Of a stretch of DNA of 32,000 nucleotides, positions 9,232 through 15,995 are shown one piece after another. Under the pieces are notes generated by a model. That model saw only the letters and a list, made by a program, of their open reading frames with translations, was not told the DNA's origin and ran no database searches. This DNA is from Candidatus Saccharimonadota bacterium (GTDB taxonomy: Bacteria > Patescibacteriota > Gracilibacteria > UBA4473): contig JAUIFI010000001.1 in assembly GCA_030429505.1 (NCBI GenBank), forward strand, positions 840,001 to 872,000, written 5' to 3'. Position 1 is the stretch's first letter; each line of letters opens with the position of its first letter. A program made the translations under genes and the position numbers.

Positions 9232-9826
9232 AGCGCTGTTTTATCTTGCGCCTGGATAGCTATTTCTTCATATTCCGGGTGTAAGCTAAACAGTGCATAC
9301 GCTGGTTAACGATGAAGCTCAGACGTTCTTTTCAAAATTGAAGATAGCTCCCTGGCTGGATTGGCTGGAAAAGGTTGAGGTGACTACGACCGCCGTATGG
9401 CGACACTTTGACTTAACCGGTTCTCACGGGTTCAGATAAAGAAACCCACCAGCCGTCCTACGACAGACAACTGGCGGGGAAAAGGGCGACGTCCAATCGA
9501 GTTCGACAAAGCCATTGTCAGACGAATCAGACGAACCCGACCAGAAGCATTCACCCTCGGGGGAAACCCAACACATATCGCCTGTGGTGAGCTGCGCTTT
9601 CAATAGCGGCCGGATGTAGTAGGATACATCCAGCCTTGCATCACCTCCGGCTCCGATCGATAGAAACGGCTATCGAAGTAGGCGCACAGAATTGGCGTTG
9701 CCGCGCTCAATTGTACCAGTTGCTTAACAAATTGTCAATGTTAAACAACGGTACGCAGACGGCAGGCCAGATGTTAAGCTGAAAGATTTAGCGGCTATCG
9801 ATCTCGAATCGGTAGTCGCTTTTTTG
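9232..9826 (+). ncRNA. candidate large structured non-coding RNA of unknown class (5' boundary approximate)
   Basis: GC is about 55-57% in hand-counted lines 9421-9480 and 9601-9660, against 25% at 10021-10080. No ORF of 60 aa or more in any frame across 9130-9723. Local helices: GGG-GAAA-CCC at 9560-9569, a 10-bp helix at 9608-9635, 7 bp at 9657-9676 and 15 bp at 9713-9754. It ends in an intrinsic terminator on the + strand, which sets the strand. Confidence 0.55.
9791..9826 (+). terminator. rho-independent terminator closing the GC-rich RNA
   Basis: GCGGCTATCGA (9791-9801) pairs with TCGGTAGTCGC (9809-9819) in an 11-bp stem with two G-U pairs and a 7-nt loop. TTTTTT follows at 9820-9825. 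Confidence 0.7.
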
Positions 9827-9854
9827 TTGTTTAACTTTTTGTGGAGGCAGTGCA

Positions 9855-10085
9855 ATGAGTAAAACCAAGTCCTGTCCGGGATGTCGCAAGGCGCAGATGA
9901 AGTTATTCCGCCAAGTGCGCCAGCCGAAAGGCTCCTGGGCGTATTACCAGTGTCAGGATCGCCGGTGCCGATTCCGTGAAAAGCGGTTTGAGTCCAACGA
10001 GCCGAAGTATTCGAATACCAAAAGATCAAAAAACTTCATAACCCCAAAAAGAAATAAATTTGACAGTTTTCTTCTTTCTAAATAA
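9855..10085 (+). CDS. small, very basic zinc-ribbon protein (CPGC ... CQDRRC)
   Basis: GGAGG at 9843-9847 lies 7 nt before the ATG at 9855. Sequence MSKTKSCPGCRKAQMKLFRQVRQPKGSWAYYQCQDRRCRF has a CxxC plus CxxxxC pair like transposase-type N-terminal zinc ribbons. The first ~55 codons are GC-rich like the upstream RNA. The last ~20 codons run into native AT-rich DNA. Confidence 0.45.
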   Translation: MSKTKSCPGCRKAQMKLFRQVRQPKGSWAYYQCQDRRCRFREKRFESNEPKYSNTKRSKNFITPKRNKFDSFLLSK

Positions 10086-10088
10086 AGT
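10060..10088 (+). promoter_or_regulatory. putative sigma70-type promoter for rpsP
   Basis: TTGACA (10060-10065), 17-nt spacer, TAAAGT (10083-10088), about 40 nt upstream of the rpsP ATG. It lies inside the 3' tail of the small ORF. Confidence 0.3.
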
Positions 10089-10127
10089 GCCGAAGCATAT
10101 ATTGCTTTCAGTACCAACCATTGTAGC

Positions 10128-10607
10128 ATGTTAATGATTCGTTTGTCTCGAGCAGGAAGAAAAAAAAACGCCTATTTTCATTTAGTCGTTGCCGAAAAAT
10201 CAAAAGCCGTCCAAAAAAAATATGTTGAAAAATTAGGACAATACAACCCTCATGCCAACAAAGGAGAGGGAGAATTTACTTTCTCTAAAGATCGAGTTCT
10301 TCATTTTATTAAAAACGGTGCCCAACTCTCTCAAACCGTCGCCCGCATGCTTTCAAAACAAGGTCTTAAAGAAGCAGGGGGGTTTATAAAAACACGCCCC
10401 AGCAAACCTAAAAAAGAAGTAAAAGCAAAAGAAGGAGACAAAGAAGCCACAGACAATAAAAATACTGAACCTTCAACAGAAGAAACTACTGAAAAAACAA
10501 GTGAAGTAACAGAAACACAAGAAGCTCCAGAAAATAAGCCTGAAGAATCTGTAGAAACAACCACAGAAGAAGAAAAGCCATCAGCAGGAACTGAAAAATC
10601 TGAATAA
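10128..10607 (+). CDS. rpsP: 30S ribosomal protein S16 with a long acidic/Thr-rich C-terminal extension
   Basis: M(LM)IRLSRAGRKKNAYFHLVVAEKSKAVQKKYVEKLGQYNP is a canonical S16 N-terminus. The start could be the ATG at 10134. The C-terminal ~70 aa are low-complexity (KEATDNKNTEPSTEETTEKTSEVTETQEAPENKPEE...). Confidence 0.9.
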   Translation: MLMIRLSRAGRKKNAYFHLVVAEKSKAVQKKYVEKLGQYNPHANKGEGEFTFSKDRVLHFIKNGAQLSQTVARMLSKQGLKEAGGFIKTRPSKPKKEVKAKEGDKEATDNKNTEPSTEETTEKTSEVTETQEAPENKPEESVETTTEEEKPSAGTEKSE

Positions 10608-10620
10608 TCTGTTTAATAAA

Positions 10621-10869
10621 ATGGAAAACAACACTATCGAGTTCGTAAAACACGTCCTCCAACAAATCTGTGAACACACGGAAGATATTAAGCTTGAAGA
10701 AACTCATGACGACAAAGGCACCTTAATTTCAATTCAAGTTAACGAAGCCGATATGGGGAAAATAATCGGAAAAAATGGACAAACGATTTCTGCCCTCAGG
10801 CTTTTGGTACGAAGTATGGGAGCCAAAAACAAAGAAAAAATAAACTTGAAAGTTCTAGAGAATTCATAA
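10621..10869 (+). CDS. khpA: KH-domain RNA-binding protein (UPF0109/KhpA-like)
   Basis: 82-aa ORF with ...GTLISIQVNEADMGKIIGKNGQTISALRLLVR (GxxG KH loop). It follows rpsP directly, the conserved position for this gene. Confidence 0.85.
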   Translation: MENNTIEFVKHVLQQICEHTEDIKLEETHDDKGTLISIQVNEADMGKIIGKNGQTISALRLLVRSMGAKNKEKINLKVLENS

Positions 10870-10881
10870 TATAATGGAACT

Positions 10882-11337
10882 ATGAATGAGGATTTGTCCC
10901 CTCCGGTTTACTACGAAGCCCCTACTCCGATAGAGCAGGGATTATCAGCAGGAAGTGCGAATTTTGGTGGCGCTTTAGACACAGGAAGTGACTTCAGTAT
11001 TATCGAGCTTGTACAACTCGGCGTTGTGTATGCTTTCATTATCGCCGGAGCACTATCTGCTGTTTTTATTTTCATCGGTGGAGTCTCCTTTATTCTGTCT
11101 GGCGGAAATGACGAAAAAATAAAAAGTGCGGTAAACACAATCCGATATTCAATCGTAGGACTCATTATCACCATCCTCAGCTTCACCTTTACCATGATCA
11201 TCGGTAGAATATTTGGACTTAATCTCATGGACTACATCTCTTACAGCCAAATCAAATGTTCTATCAACAAGCTTGTCTCATCAGGAGAAAATCCAACAAA
11301 TAACGACTGCGTAAATCCCAAGCTCCGAAGACGATAA
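10882..11337 (+). CDS. small integral membrane protein, TrbC/VirB2-like (pilin-like)
   Basis: 151-aa ORF. LVQLGVVYAFIIAGALSAVFIFIGGVSFILSGGNDEKIKSAVNTIRYSIVGLIITILSFTF matches the two-helix GG...SGG(d/n)..k...A...I..a..GL pattern of TrbC/VirB2-type proteins common in reduced-genome bacteria. Assignment is by motif only. Confidence 0.45.
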   Translation: MNEDLSPPVYYEAPTPIEQGLSAGSANFGGALDTGSDFSIIELVQLGVVYAFIIAGALSAVFIFIGGVSFILSGGNDEKIKSAVNTIRYSIVGLIITILSFTFTMIIGRIFGLNLMDYISYSQIKCSINKLVSSGENPTNNDCVNPKLRRR

Positions 11338-11360
11338 AAAAACATTCAAAAGTATGGCGA

Positions 11361-11981
11361 TGGGTTAAAGATGCACTTTTTCCTCCGAAATGCCTTATTT
11401 GCAAAAAGTCAGGAAACCTTCTTTGCAGTAACCACAAAAAAATTCCACCAGCACCTCCGAACCAAGTATCTTTTGAATACGTCGATCAAATCTATGCTTG
11501 TAGTAGCTACTATAAAGAACCCACAAAAACCATCATTCGCACATTTAAATTTCAGGGAAATAAAGACCTTGGAAGCATTATAGCCAGACATATAATCGAC
11601 GCAGTACCTAAATCCATATGGGATAAAGCCGTCATCATTCCCATACCACTCCATTGGAGCAGAAACCTCTGGAGAGGATTTAATCAAGCAAAAATCATTA
11701 CTAAGGAAATCAAAAAACTTATTCCTACTACAAAAACATCTAAAAAACTCAAACGCATAAAAAAAACATCGCAACAAGCAAAACTCTCTAAGTCCGAACG
11801 AAAACAAAACCTCAATAACGCATTCACCTGGAAAGGAAAAGAAAATACTCCTCCTTATATTGTACTCATCGACGACGTAGTCGCCAGCGGCGAAACTCTA
11901 GAATCCGCTGCCAAAACTCTAAAAGAAAGAGGAGCAAAGCATATTATCGCCATAGTCTTCGCCCGAGGAGGAAAAGAATAA
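11361..11981 (+). CDS. comF: ComF-family phosphoribosyltransferase-like competence protein; frame has no canonical start codon
   Basis: Not in the ORF track. My translation of the frame open from 11304 to the TAA at 11979-11981 gives (W)VKDALFPPKCLICKKSGNLLCSNHKKI...YACSSYYKEPTKTIIRTFKFQGNKDLGSIIA...IIPIPLHWSRNLWRGFNQAKII...QQAKLSKSERKQNLNNAF...YIVLIDDVVASGETLESAAKTLKERGAKHIIAIVFARG. These are the ComF CxxC...C zinc finger plus PRTase motif. No in-frame ATG/GTG/TTG exists. Confidence 0.75.
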   Translation, partial: WVKDALFPPKCLICKKSGNLLCSNHKKIPPAPPNQVSFEYVDQIYACSSYYKEPTKTIIRTFKFQGNKDLGSIIARHIIDAVPKSIWDKAVIIPIPLHWSRNLWRGFNQAKIITKEIKKLIPTTKTSKKLKRIKKTSQQAKLSKSERKQNLNNAFTWKGKENTPPYIVLIDDVVASGETLESAAKTLKERGAKHIIAIVFARGGKE

Positions 11982-11989
11982 CAAAGCAT

Positions 11990-12018
11990 TTGTATATTCA
12001 ACGTATTTTTGATACAAT
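11990..12018 (+). promoter_or_regulatory. putative sigma70-type promoter (extended -10) for the beta-CASP gene
   Basis: TTGTAT (11990-11995), 17-nt spacer, TACAAT (12013-12018) preceded by TGa (extended -10). It lies 21 nt upstream of the ATG at 12040. Confidence 0.4.
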
Positions 12019-12039
12019 GAGAAGAAAACAAAAATCCAC

Positions 12040-13524
12040 ATGAAACTTGAATTTTCCGGAGCTGCCCGAAACGTCACCGGCTCAAAACATCTGCTCCACG
12101 TAAACGGCAAAAAAATTCTACTCGAATGCGGGTTATTCCAAGGAAGACGAAAAGAGGCCATTGAGGCAAATGAAATTTTCCCATTCAAAGCTACCGAAAT
12201 CGACGCACTAGTCCTGTCACACGCTCACATAGACCATTCAGGAGCCATTCCATTGCTTGTCAAACAAGGGTTTGATGGACCCATTTATTGCACCCATGCC
12301 ACCCGAGACCTGTGCGGAATTATGCTCAAAGATTCTGCCTACATCCAAGAAAAGGATGCTGAATGGATAAAGAAAAAGAAAAAAGATCCGAATGCCAAGC
12401 CTCTCTACACCATTGAAGATGCCGAAAAAGCTCTATCCATGTTCCGCTCTGTTGCCTATGGACAAGCTTTTTCACCAGCTCCGAACATCAAAGTAACTTT
12501 TCACGATGCTGGTCATATACTTGGCTCAGCTGTAGAAGAATGGGAGATTTTTGATCAAGATATTCAAAAAAAAGTCAGACTTGGCTTTACCGGAGATTTA
12601 GGACGAAAATGCCTACCAATTCTAAAAGACCCCGTACAGCTTGAAGATCTTGATATTCTCATTACAGAATCAACCTACGGAAACAGACTCCATGACGAAA
12701 TTAAGGACATCGAAGACCAATTCTCAAACGAAGTCAATGAAGCCATAAAAAGACAAGGAAAAATTCTTATTCCAGCTTTTTCTGTCGGACGAACACAAGA
12801 AATTCTCTACGTAATTAGAGAACTCCAACACGCAAAAAAACTTCAAGCAGTACCCATTTTTGTCGATTCCCCATTATCACAGTCAGCCACTGAAATATTT
12901 GCTCTCCATCCCGAATGCTACGATCAAGAATTACGAGCTATGATTGAACGCGGACAAGATCCATTTTGCCCAGAATGTGACGGGATTCATTTCACACGTA
13001 ATGTTGATGAATCTAAATCTCTAAACAATTTTCCTGGAAGTGCCCTCATAATCTCCGCTAGTGGCATGTGCGAAGCTGGACGAATTAGACACCATCTCTA
13101 CAACCACATCCAAGATCCAAACACGCTAGTACTTATTGTTGGCTTCATGGCAGAAAACACTCTTGGACGAAAAATCGTTGAAAAAGAAAATCCTGTTAAT
13201 ATCTTCGGAGAACCCCATGAACTCAATGCTGAAGTAAAAATATACAACGCCTTTTCTGGACACGCTGATCAAAAAGGACTACTCAAATTCGCCAACCGAA
13301 GTGGTCAACCAAAATCAGTCTTCCTCGTCCACGGAGAAGATGAAAGCATGGTAGTCTTTAGAAAGGAATTATCCAAACTCGACAACCTGAAACAATCTGA
13401 CATATTTATCCCCACCCCAGGAGACATCTTTGAAATTACTCCAGAAAAAAAATGGCGTAAAACGGATACCATAAACCCACTTTCTCGAAAAATTTTAGGC
13501 GGAGAATGGCAACCATTAGGATAA
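12040..13524 (+). CDS. metallo-beta-lactamase / beta-CASP family RNA-metabolising hydrolase
   Basis: MKLEFSGAARNVTGSKHLL...ILLECGLFQG...VLSHAHIDHSGAIPLL (HxHxDH), then ...ESTYG..LH, PAFSVGRTQE and a C-terminal SGHAD...VHGE motif typical of beta-CASP nucleases. Confidence 0.85.
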   Translation: MKLEFSGAARNVTGSKHLLHVNGKKILLECGLFQGRRKEAIEANEIFPFKATEIDALVLSHAHIDHSGAIPLLVKQGFDGPIYCTHATRDLCGIMLKDSAYIQEKDAEWIKKKKKDPNAKPLYTIEDAEKALSMFRSVAYGQAFSPAPNIKVTFHDAGHILGSAVEEWEIFDQDIQKKVRLGFTGDLGRKCLPILKDPVQLEDLDILITESTYGNRLHDEIKDIEDQFSNEVNEAIKRQGKILIPAFSVGRTQEILYVIRELQHAKKLQAVPIFVDSPLSQSATEIFALHPECYDQELRAMIERGQDPFCPECDGIHFTRNVDESKSLNNFPGSALIISASGMCEAGRIRHHLYNHIQDPNTLVLIVGFMAENTLGRKIVEKENPVNIFGEPHELNAEVKIYNAFSGHADQKGLLKFANRSGQPKSVFLVHGEDESMVVFRKELSKLDNLKQSDIFIPTPGDIFEITPEKKWRKTDTINPLSRKILGGEWQPLG

Positions 13525-13576
13525 AGTATTGACGAAACATAAAATTTTACTAGAGTGACGTGGCTTATTGATATTC

Positions 13577-13975
13577 ATGTCACGAATCTGTAGCCTCACC
13601 GGAAAAAAGCCAACCAGCGGTAATAACCGTCCTTTTTCATTGAAAGCAACCAAGAGAACCTTTCGACCCAACCTTTTTGTAAAAAGAATCATGAACCCAT
13701 TCACTGGAAGAATGGAAAAAATAAAATTGTCGGCCAAGGCCATCAAAACCATCAAGAAGTGGGAAAGAGAAGGGATGATCGGAGAATCAAATGAAGTAAA
13801 TCAAAAAACATTTCATCAAGAAACCACGAAAGAACGAGTGAAAAAAGAAAAACTCACTCCCAAGCAAAAGAAAGAACTTGCCGCACAAAAAGAAGCAGAA
13901 GCAAAAGAAAGTGCAAAACCAGAAATGGCGAAAAAAAAAGAAGCCACTGAAAAGACAAAGAAAAAGCAAGGATAG
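13577..13975 (+). CDS. rpmB: 50S ribosomal protein L28 with a Lys/Glu-rich C-terminal extension
   Basis: MSRICSLTGKKPTSGNNRPFSLKATKRTFRPNLFVKRI....G....KLSAKAIKTI is the canonical L28. The track ORF starts at a TTG at 13568 and the ATG is at 13577. About 65 extra K/E/A-rich residues follow at the C-terminus. Confidence 0.85.
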   Translation: MSRICSLTGKKPTSGNNRPFSLKATKRTFRPNLFVKRIMNPFTGRMEKIKLSAKAIKTIKKWEREGMIGESNEVNQKTFHQETTKERVKKEKLTPKQKKELAAQKEAEAKESAKPEMAKKKEATEKTKKKQG

Positions 13976-14062
13976 TCTTACTTATCCAAGATCATAAGAG
14001 TAGTGTACAAATATATTGATAACAAAACTACATCAATATACCCAGATCCTACTTTTTTCTCC

Positions 14063-14530
14063 ATGCCCCAAAAAGTTATTATTCTCGAAAACATCAGATC
14101 ACTCCACAACGTCGGATCTATTTTTCGTACAGCCGACGGTGCCGGATTCGATAAAATATATCTCTGTGGTTACACTGGTACTCCACCTGATAGAAGAATC
14201 GAAAAAGTATCTCTCGGAGCTGAAAATTTTATTGAATGGGAACACCATGAACCATGCACAAAAATATGCCAAGAGTTACAAAAAAAAGACTTCAACATCA
14301 TTGCCCTCGAACAAACTCCAACTTCTCAAAATATTTTTGAAACAAATCTGAAAACAGAAAAAAACATTGCCCTCATCGTCGGAAACGAAGTCGAAGGTGT
14401 ATCAGAGGAAGTATTGAAACTCTGTAATCAACATCTTCACATCCCCATGCTCGGACAAAAAACCTCTCTCAACGTGTCGGTTGCAACCGGAATTGCACTT
14501 TACGAGATAGAAAGAAAAAGCAAGCTATAG
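14063..14530 (+). CDS. SpoU/TrmH-family RNA 2'-O-methyltransferase
   Basis: IILENIRSLHNVGSIFRTADGAGFDKIYLCG...IALIVGNEVEGVSEEVL..C...LHIPMLG...SLNVSVATGIALYE are SPOUT motifs 1-3. The ATG at 14063 is preferred over the GTG at 14003. Confidence 0.8.
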   Translation: MPQKVIILENIRSLHNVGSIFRTADGAGFDKIYLCGYTGTPPDRRIEKVSLGAENFIEWEHHEPCTKICQELQKKDFNIIALEQTPTSQNIFETNLKTEKNIALIVGNEVEGVSEEVLKLCNQHLHIPMLGQKTSLNVSVATGIALYEIERKSKL

Positions 14531-14548
14531 GAAAAAATACAAAAACTC

Positions 14549-14574
14549 GTTTTCAGTAAAAAACGACTGAAAGC
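14549..14574 (-). terminator. hairpin terminator downstream of tRNA-Tyr (shared with convergent SpoU gene)
   Basis: TTTCAGT (14551-14557) pairs with ACTGAAA (14566-14572) and can extend to 9 bp. On the minus strand a T-rich tract follows (acgagtttttgtatttttt). Confidence 0.4.
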
Positions 14575-14592
14575 ATAAAACTATTTTTGAAA

Positions 14593-14678
14593 TGGTGGGC
14601 AGGGAGGGACTCGAACCCCCGTAGACATAAGTCGGCAGATTTACAGTCTGCTGCGTTTGACCACTCCGCCACCTACCC
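14593..14678 (-). tRNA. tRNA-Tyr (anticodon GTA), long variable arm, CCA encoded
   Basis: The reverse complement reads GGGTAGGTGGCGGAGTGGTCAAACGCAGCAGACTGTAAATCTGCCGACTTATGTCTACGGGGGTTCGAGTCCCTCCCTGCCCACCA. It has a 7-bp acceptor stem GGGTAGG/CCTGCCC, anticodon loop CT-GTA-AA, a GTTCGAGTC T-loop and a class II variable arm. Confidence 0.9.
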
Positions 14679-14844
14679 GAAAAAATAAAAATGGCACTAC
14701 AAAAGATAAAAAAAGAGCCTCGAGAGTCTATTGCCATAAAGAAAAAAGTCAAATAACCATACAAAAACACTCACAAACTTAAAAGTAATAAATTTACAAA
14801 AACAAAATTTCAGGGATACAATAGAACCAATTTATAATCTTTTT

Positions 14845-15258
14845 ATGATGCTTCCTTTTCAAGATATTAATCTCACCGCCGTACTTATCGCAGCCATCAT
14901 CAGCTTCGCCTTTGGAGCACTATGGTACTCTCCAATTTTATTTATAAAAACCTGGATGAAACTCACCAACACCAAAGAGTCAGACTGTAAAAACGCTGGC
15001 AAAACCATGATTTATGGCTTTATTATAAACCTAATTCGAACATACATTTTAGCCCTCGTTATCACAATAATGAACGTTACAACAGTAAGCGAAGTTATGA
15101 TCATCGCTATCTTGCTTTGGCTCGCTATGTCGGTTCCCATAGAAACCAACGGAGTTCTGTGGGAAAGGAAACCTATCAATCTCTTTTGGCTAAATTCTAT
15201 CTATTTTCTAATCACCACCTGGATCACCGCCTCAATCCTCGTAACCTGGCCTTGGTAG
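14845..15258 (+). CDS. DUF1761-family membrane protein
   Basis: 137-aa ORF with four hydrophobic segments. The N-terminus LTAVLIAAIISFAFGALWYSPILF...W resembles DUF1761. A possible promoter is TTTACA (14793-14798), 18-nt spacer, TACAAT (14817-14822). Confidence 0.65.
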   Translation: MMLPFQDINLTAVLIAAIISFAFGALWYSPILFIKTWMKLTNTKESDCKNAGKTMIYGFIINLIRTYILALVITIMNVTTVSEVMIIAILLWLAMSVPIETNGVLWERKPINLFWLNSIYFLITTWITASILVTWPW

Positions 15259-15275
15259 ATCTATACAATAAAAGA

Positions 15276-15941
15276 CTATTTCGCAAAGACGAGATCAAGT
15301 TCAAATTCCATTTCGTCTTTAATAGCCTTGTCTCCCAAGTCATCAAAAAACTTACCCGAACCATAACGAATATCCCATAATGTTCGGTCAATCAAAAAAC
15401 TAGCCTGAGCCGTAACTTCATCATCCATTCGAACTACCTCAGCCTCGAACTCAATCTCATGAGAAATCCCCTTAATCATAAGTTCTCCCACAATACGATA
15501 ACGATTATCTCCCAAAACATCTCCACCTTTTATTACAAAAAAAGCACGAGGAAACTCATCCACAGCAAAAAAATCTTCATTTTTAAGGTGATCATCCATA
15601 TTTTTTTTCGCATCACCTTCTAAATCAGTTGTGCTAATCGAAGTCATATCAATCTCAAATCCACCACCAACTAACCGATCTCCAACCATTTGAATTTCAG
15701 CTAACTCGCCAAACCCAACAACGCCACTGTGCTCTCCAACAATCTTTCTCCCCACCCATTTCATTTTACTTCGATCATCATCAAGAACAAAAACCTCTAC
15801 ATCCCCAACAGCGATAGCATCCCCATCCGCTTGCACAGATCTAGATTCTTCTTGCCCAGAAGGAATCGTATCATTAGTAGAATTGCATCCCCATAATAAA
15901 AAAGGCAAAAGGAAGACCGAAAACGACAAAACTTTTTTCAT
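15276..15941 (-). CDS. YceI-family lipoprotein
   Basis: Lipobox LLPFLLWGC follows MKKVLSFSVF. HSGVVGF..........GGGFEIDMTSI.T........D.HLK..DFF.V.EFP.A.F......YRIVGELMIKGISHEIEF matches the YceI-like domain. Confidence 0.8.
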   Translation of the reverse strand: MKKVLSFSVFLLPFLLWGCNSTNDTIPSGQEESRSVQADGDAIAVGDVEVFVLDDDRSKMKWVGRKIVGEHSGVVGFGELAEIQMVGDRLVGGGFEIDMTSISTTDLEGDAKKNMDDHLKNEDFFAVDEFPRAFFVIKGGDVLGDNRYRIVGELMIKGISHEIEFEAEVVRMDDEVTAQASFLIDRTLWDIRYGSGKFFDDLGDKAIKDEMEFELDLVFAK

Positions 15942-15995
15942 GAAAACCAAAAAACAACCGCACTATAGCATTCCCCAAAAAAAAGAAAAATATTA

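Noticed and set aside
9232-9826. The GC-rich RNA might be RNase P RNA, tmRNA, SRP RNA, a group II intron or a cobalamin, lysine or M-box riboswitch.
   Set aside because: I checked both strands by eye and found none of the hallmarks. There is no GAGGAAAGUCC (CR-I), and the ACAGAAttGGCgTT at about 9686 is in the wrong spacing. There is no tmRNA T-arm/CCA end or tag ORF, and no GGAAG..AGCAGCC SRP motif. There is no 34-nt domain V hairpin or GUGYG start, and no B12 box. The GGGGGAAACCCA resemblance to E. coli RNase P is just a GNRA hairpin. A covariance-model search is still needed.
9724-10029. 101-aa minus-strand ORF inside the GC-rich island.
   Set aside because: It is antisense to the terminator-defined RNA and to the SD-led zinc-ribbon ORF. 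It has no RBS and its sequence is low-complexity and not protein-like. Such ORFs are expected by chance in locally GC-rich DNA.
11371-11807. Track ORFs 11371..11583 (+, 70 aa) and 11409..11807 (-, 132 aa).
   Set aside because: Both are off-frame or antisense shadows of the ComF-family reading frame (11304-11981). That frame carries the recognisable zinc-finger and PRTase motifs.
14525-14770. 81-aa minus-strand ORF.
   Set aside because: It reads straight through tRNA-Tyr (14593-14678) and its terminator, so it is not a protein gene.
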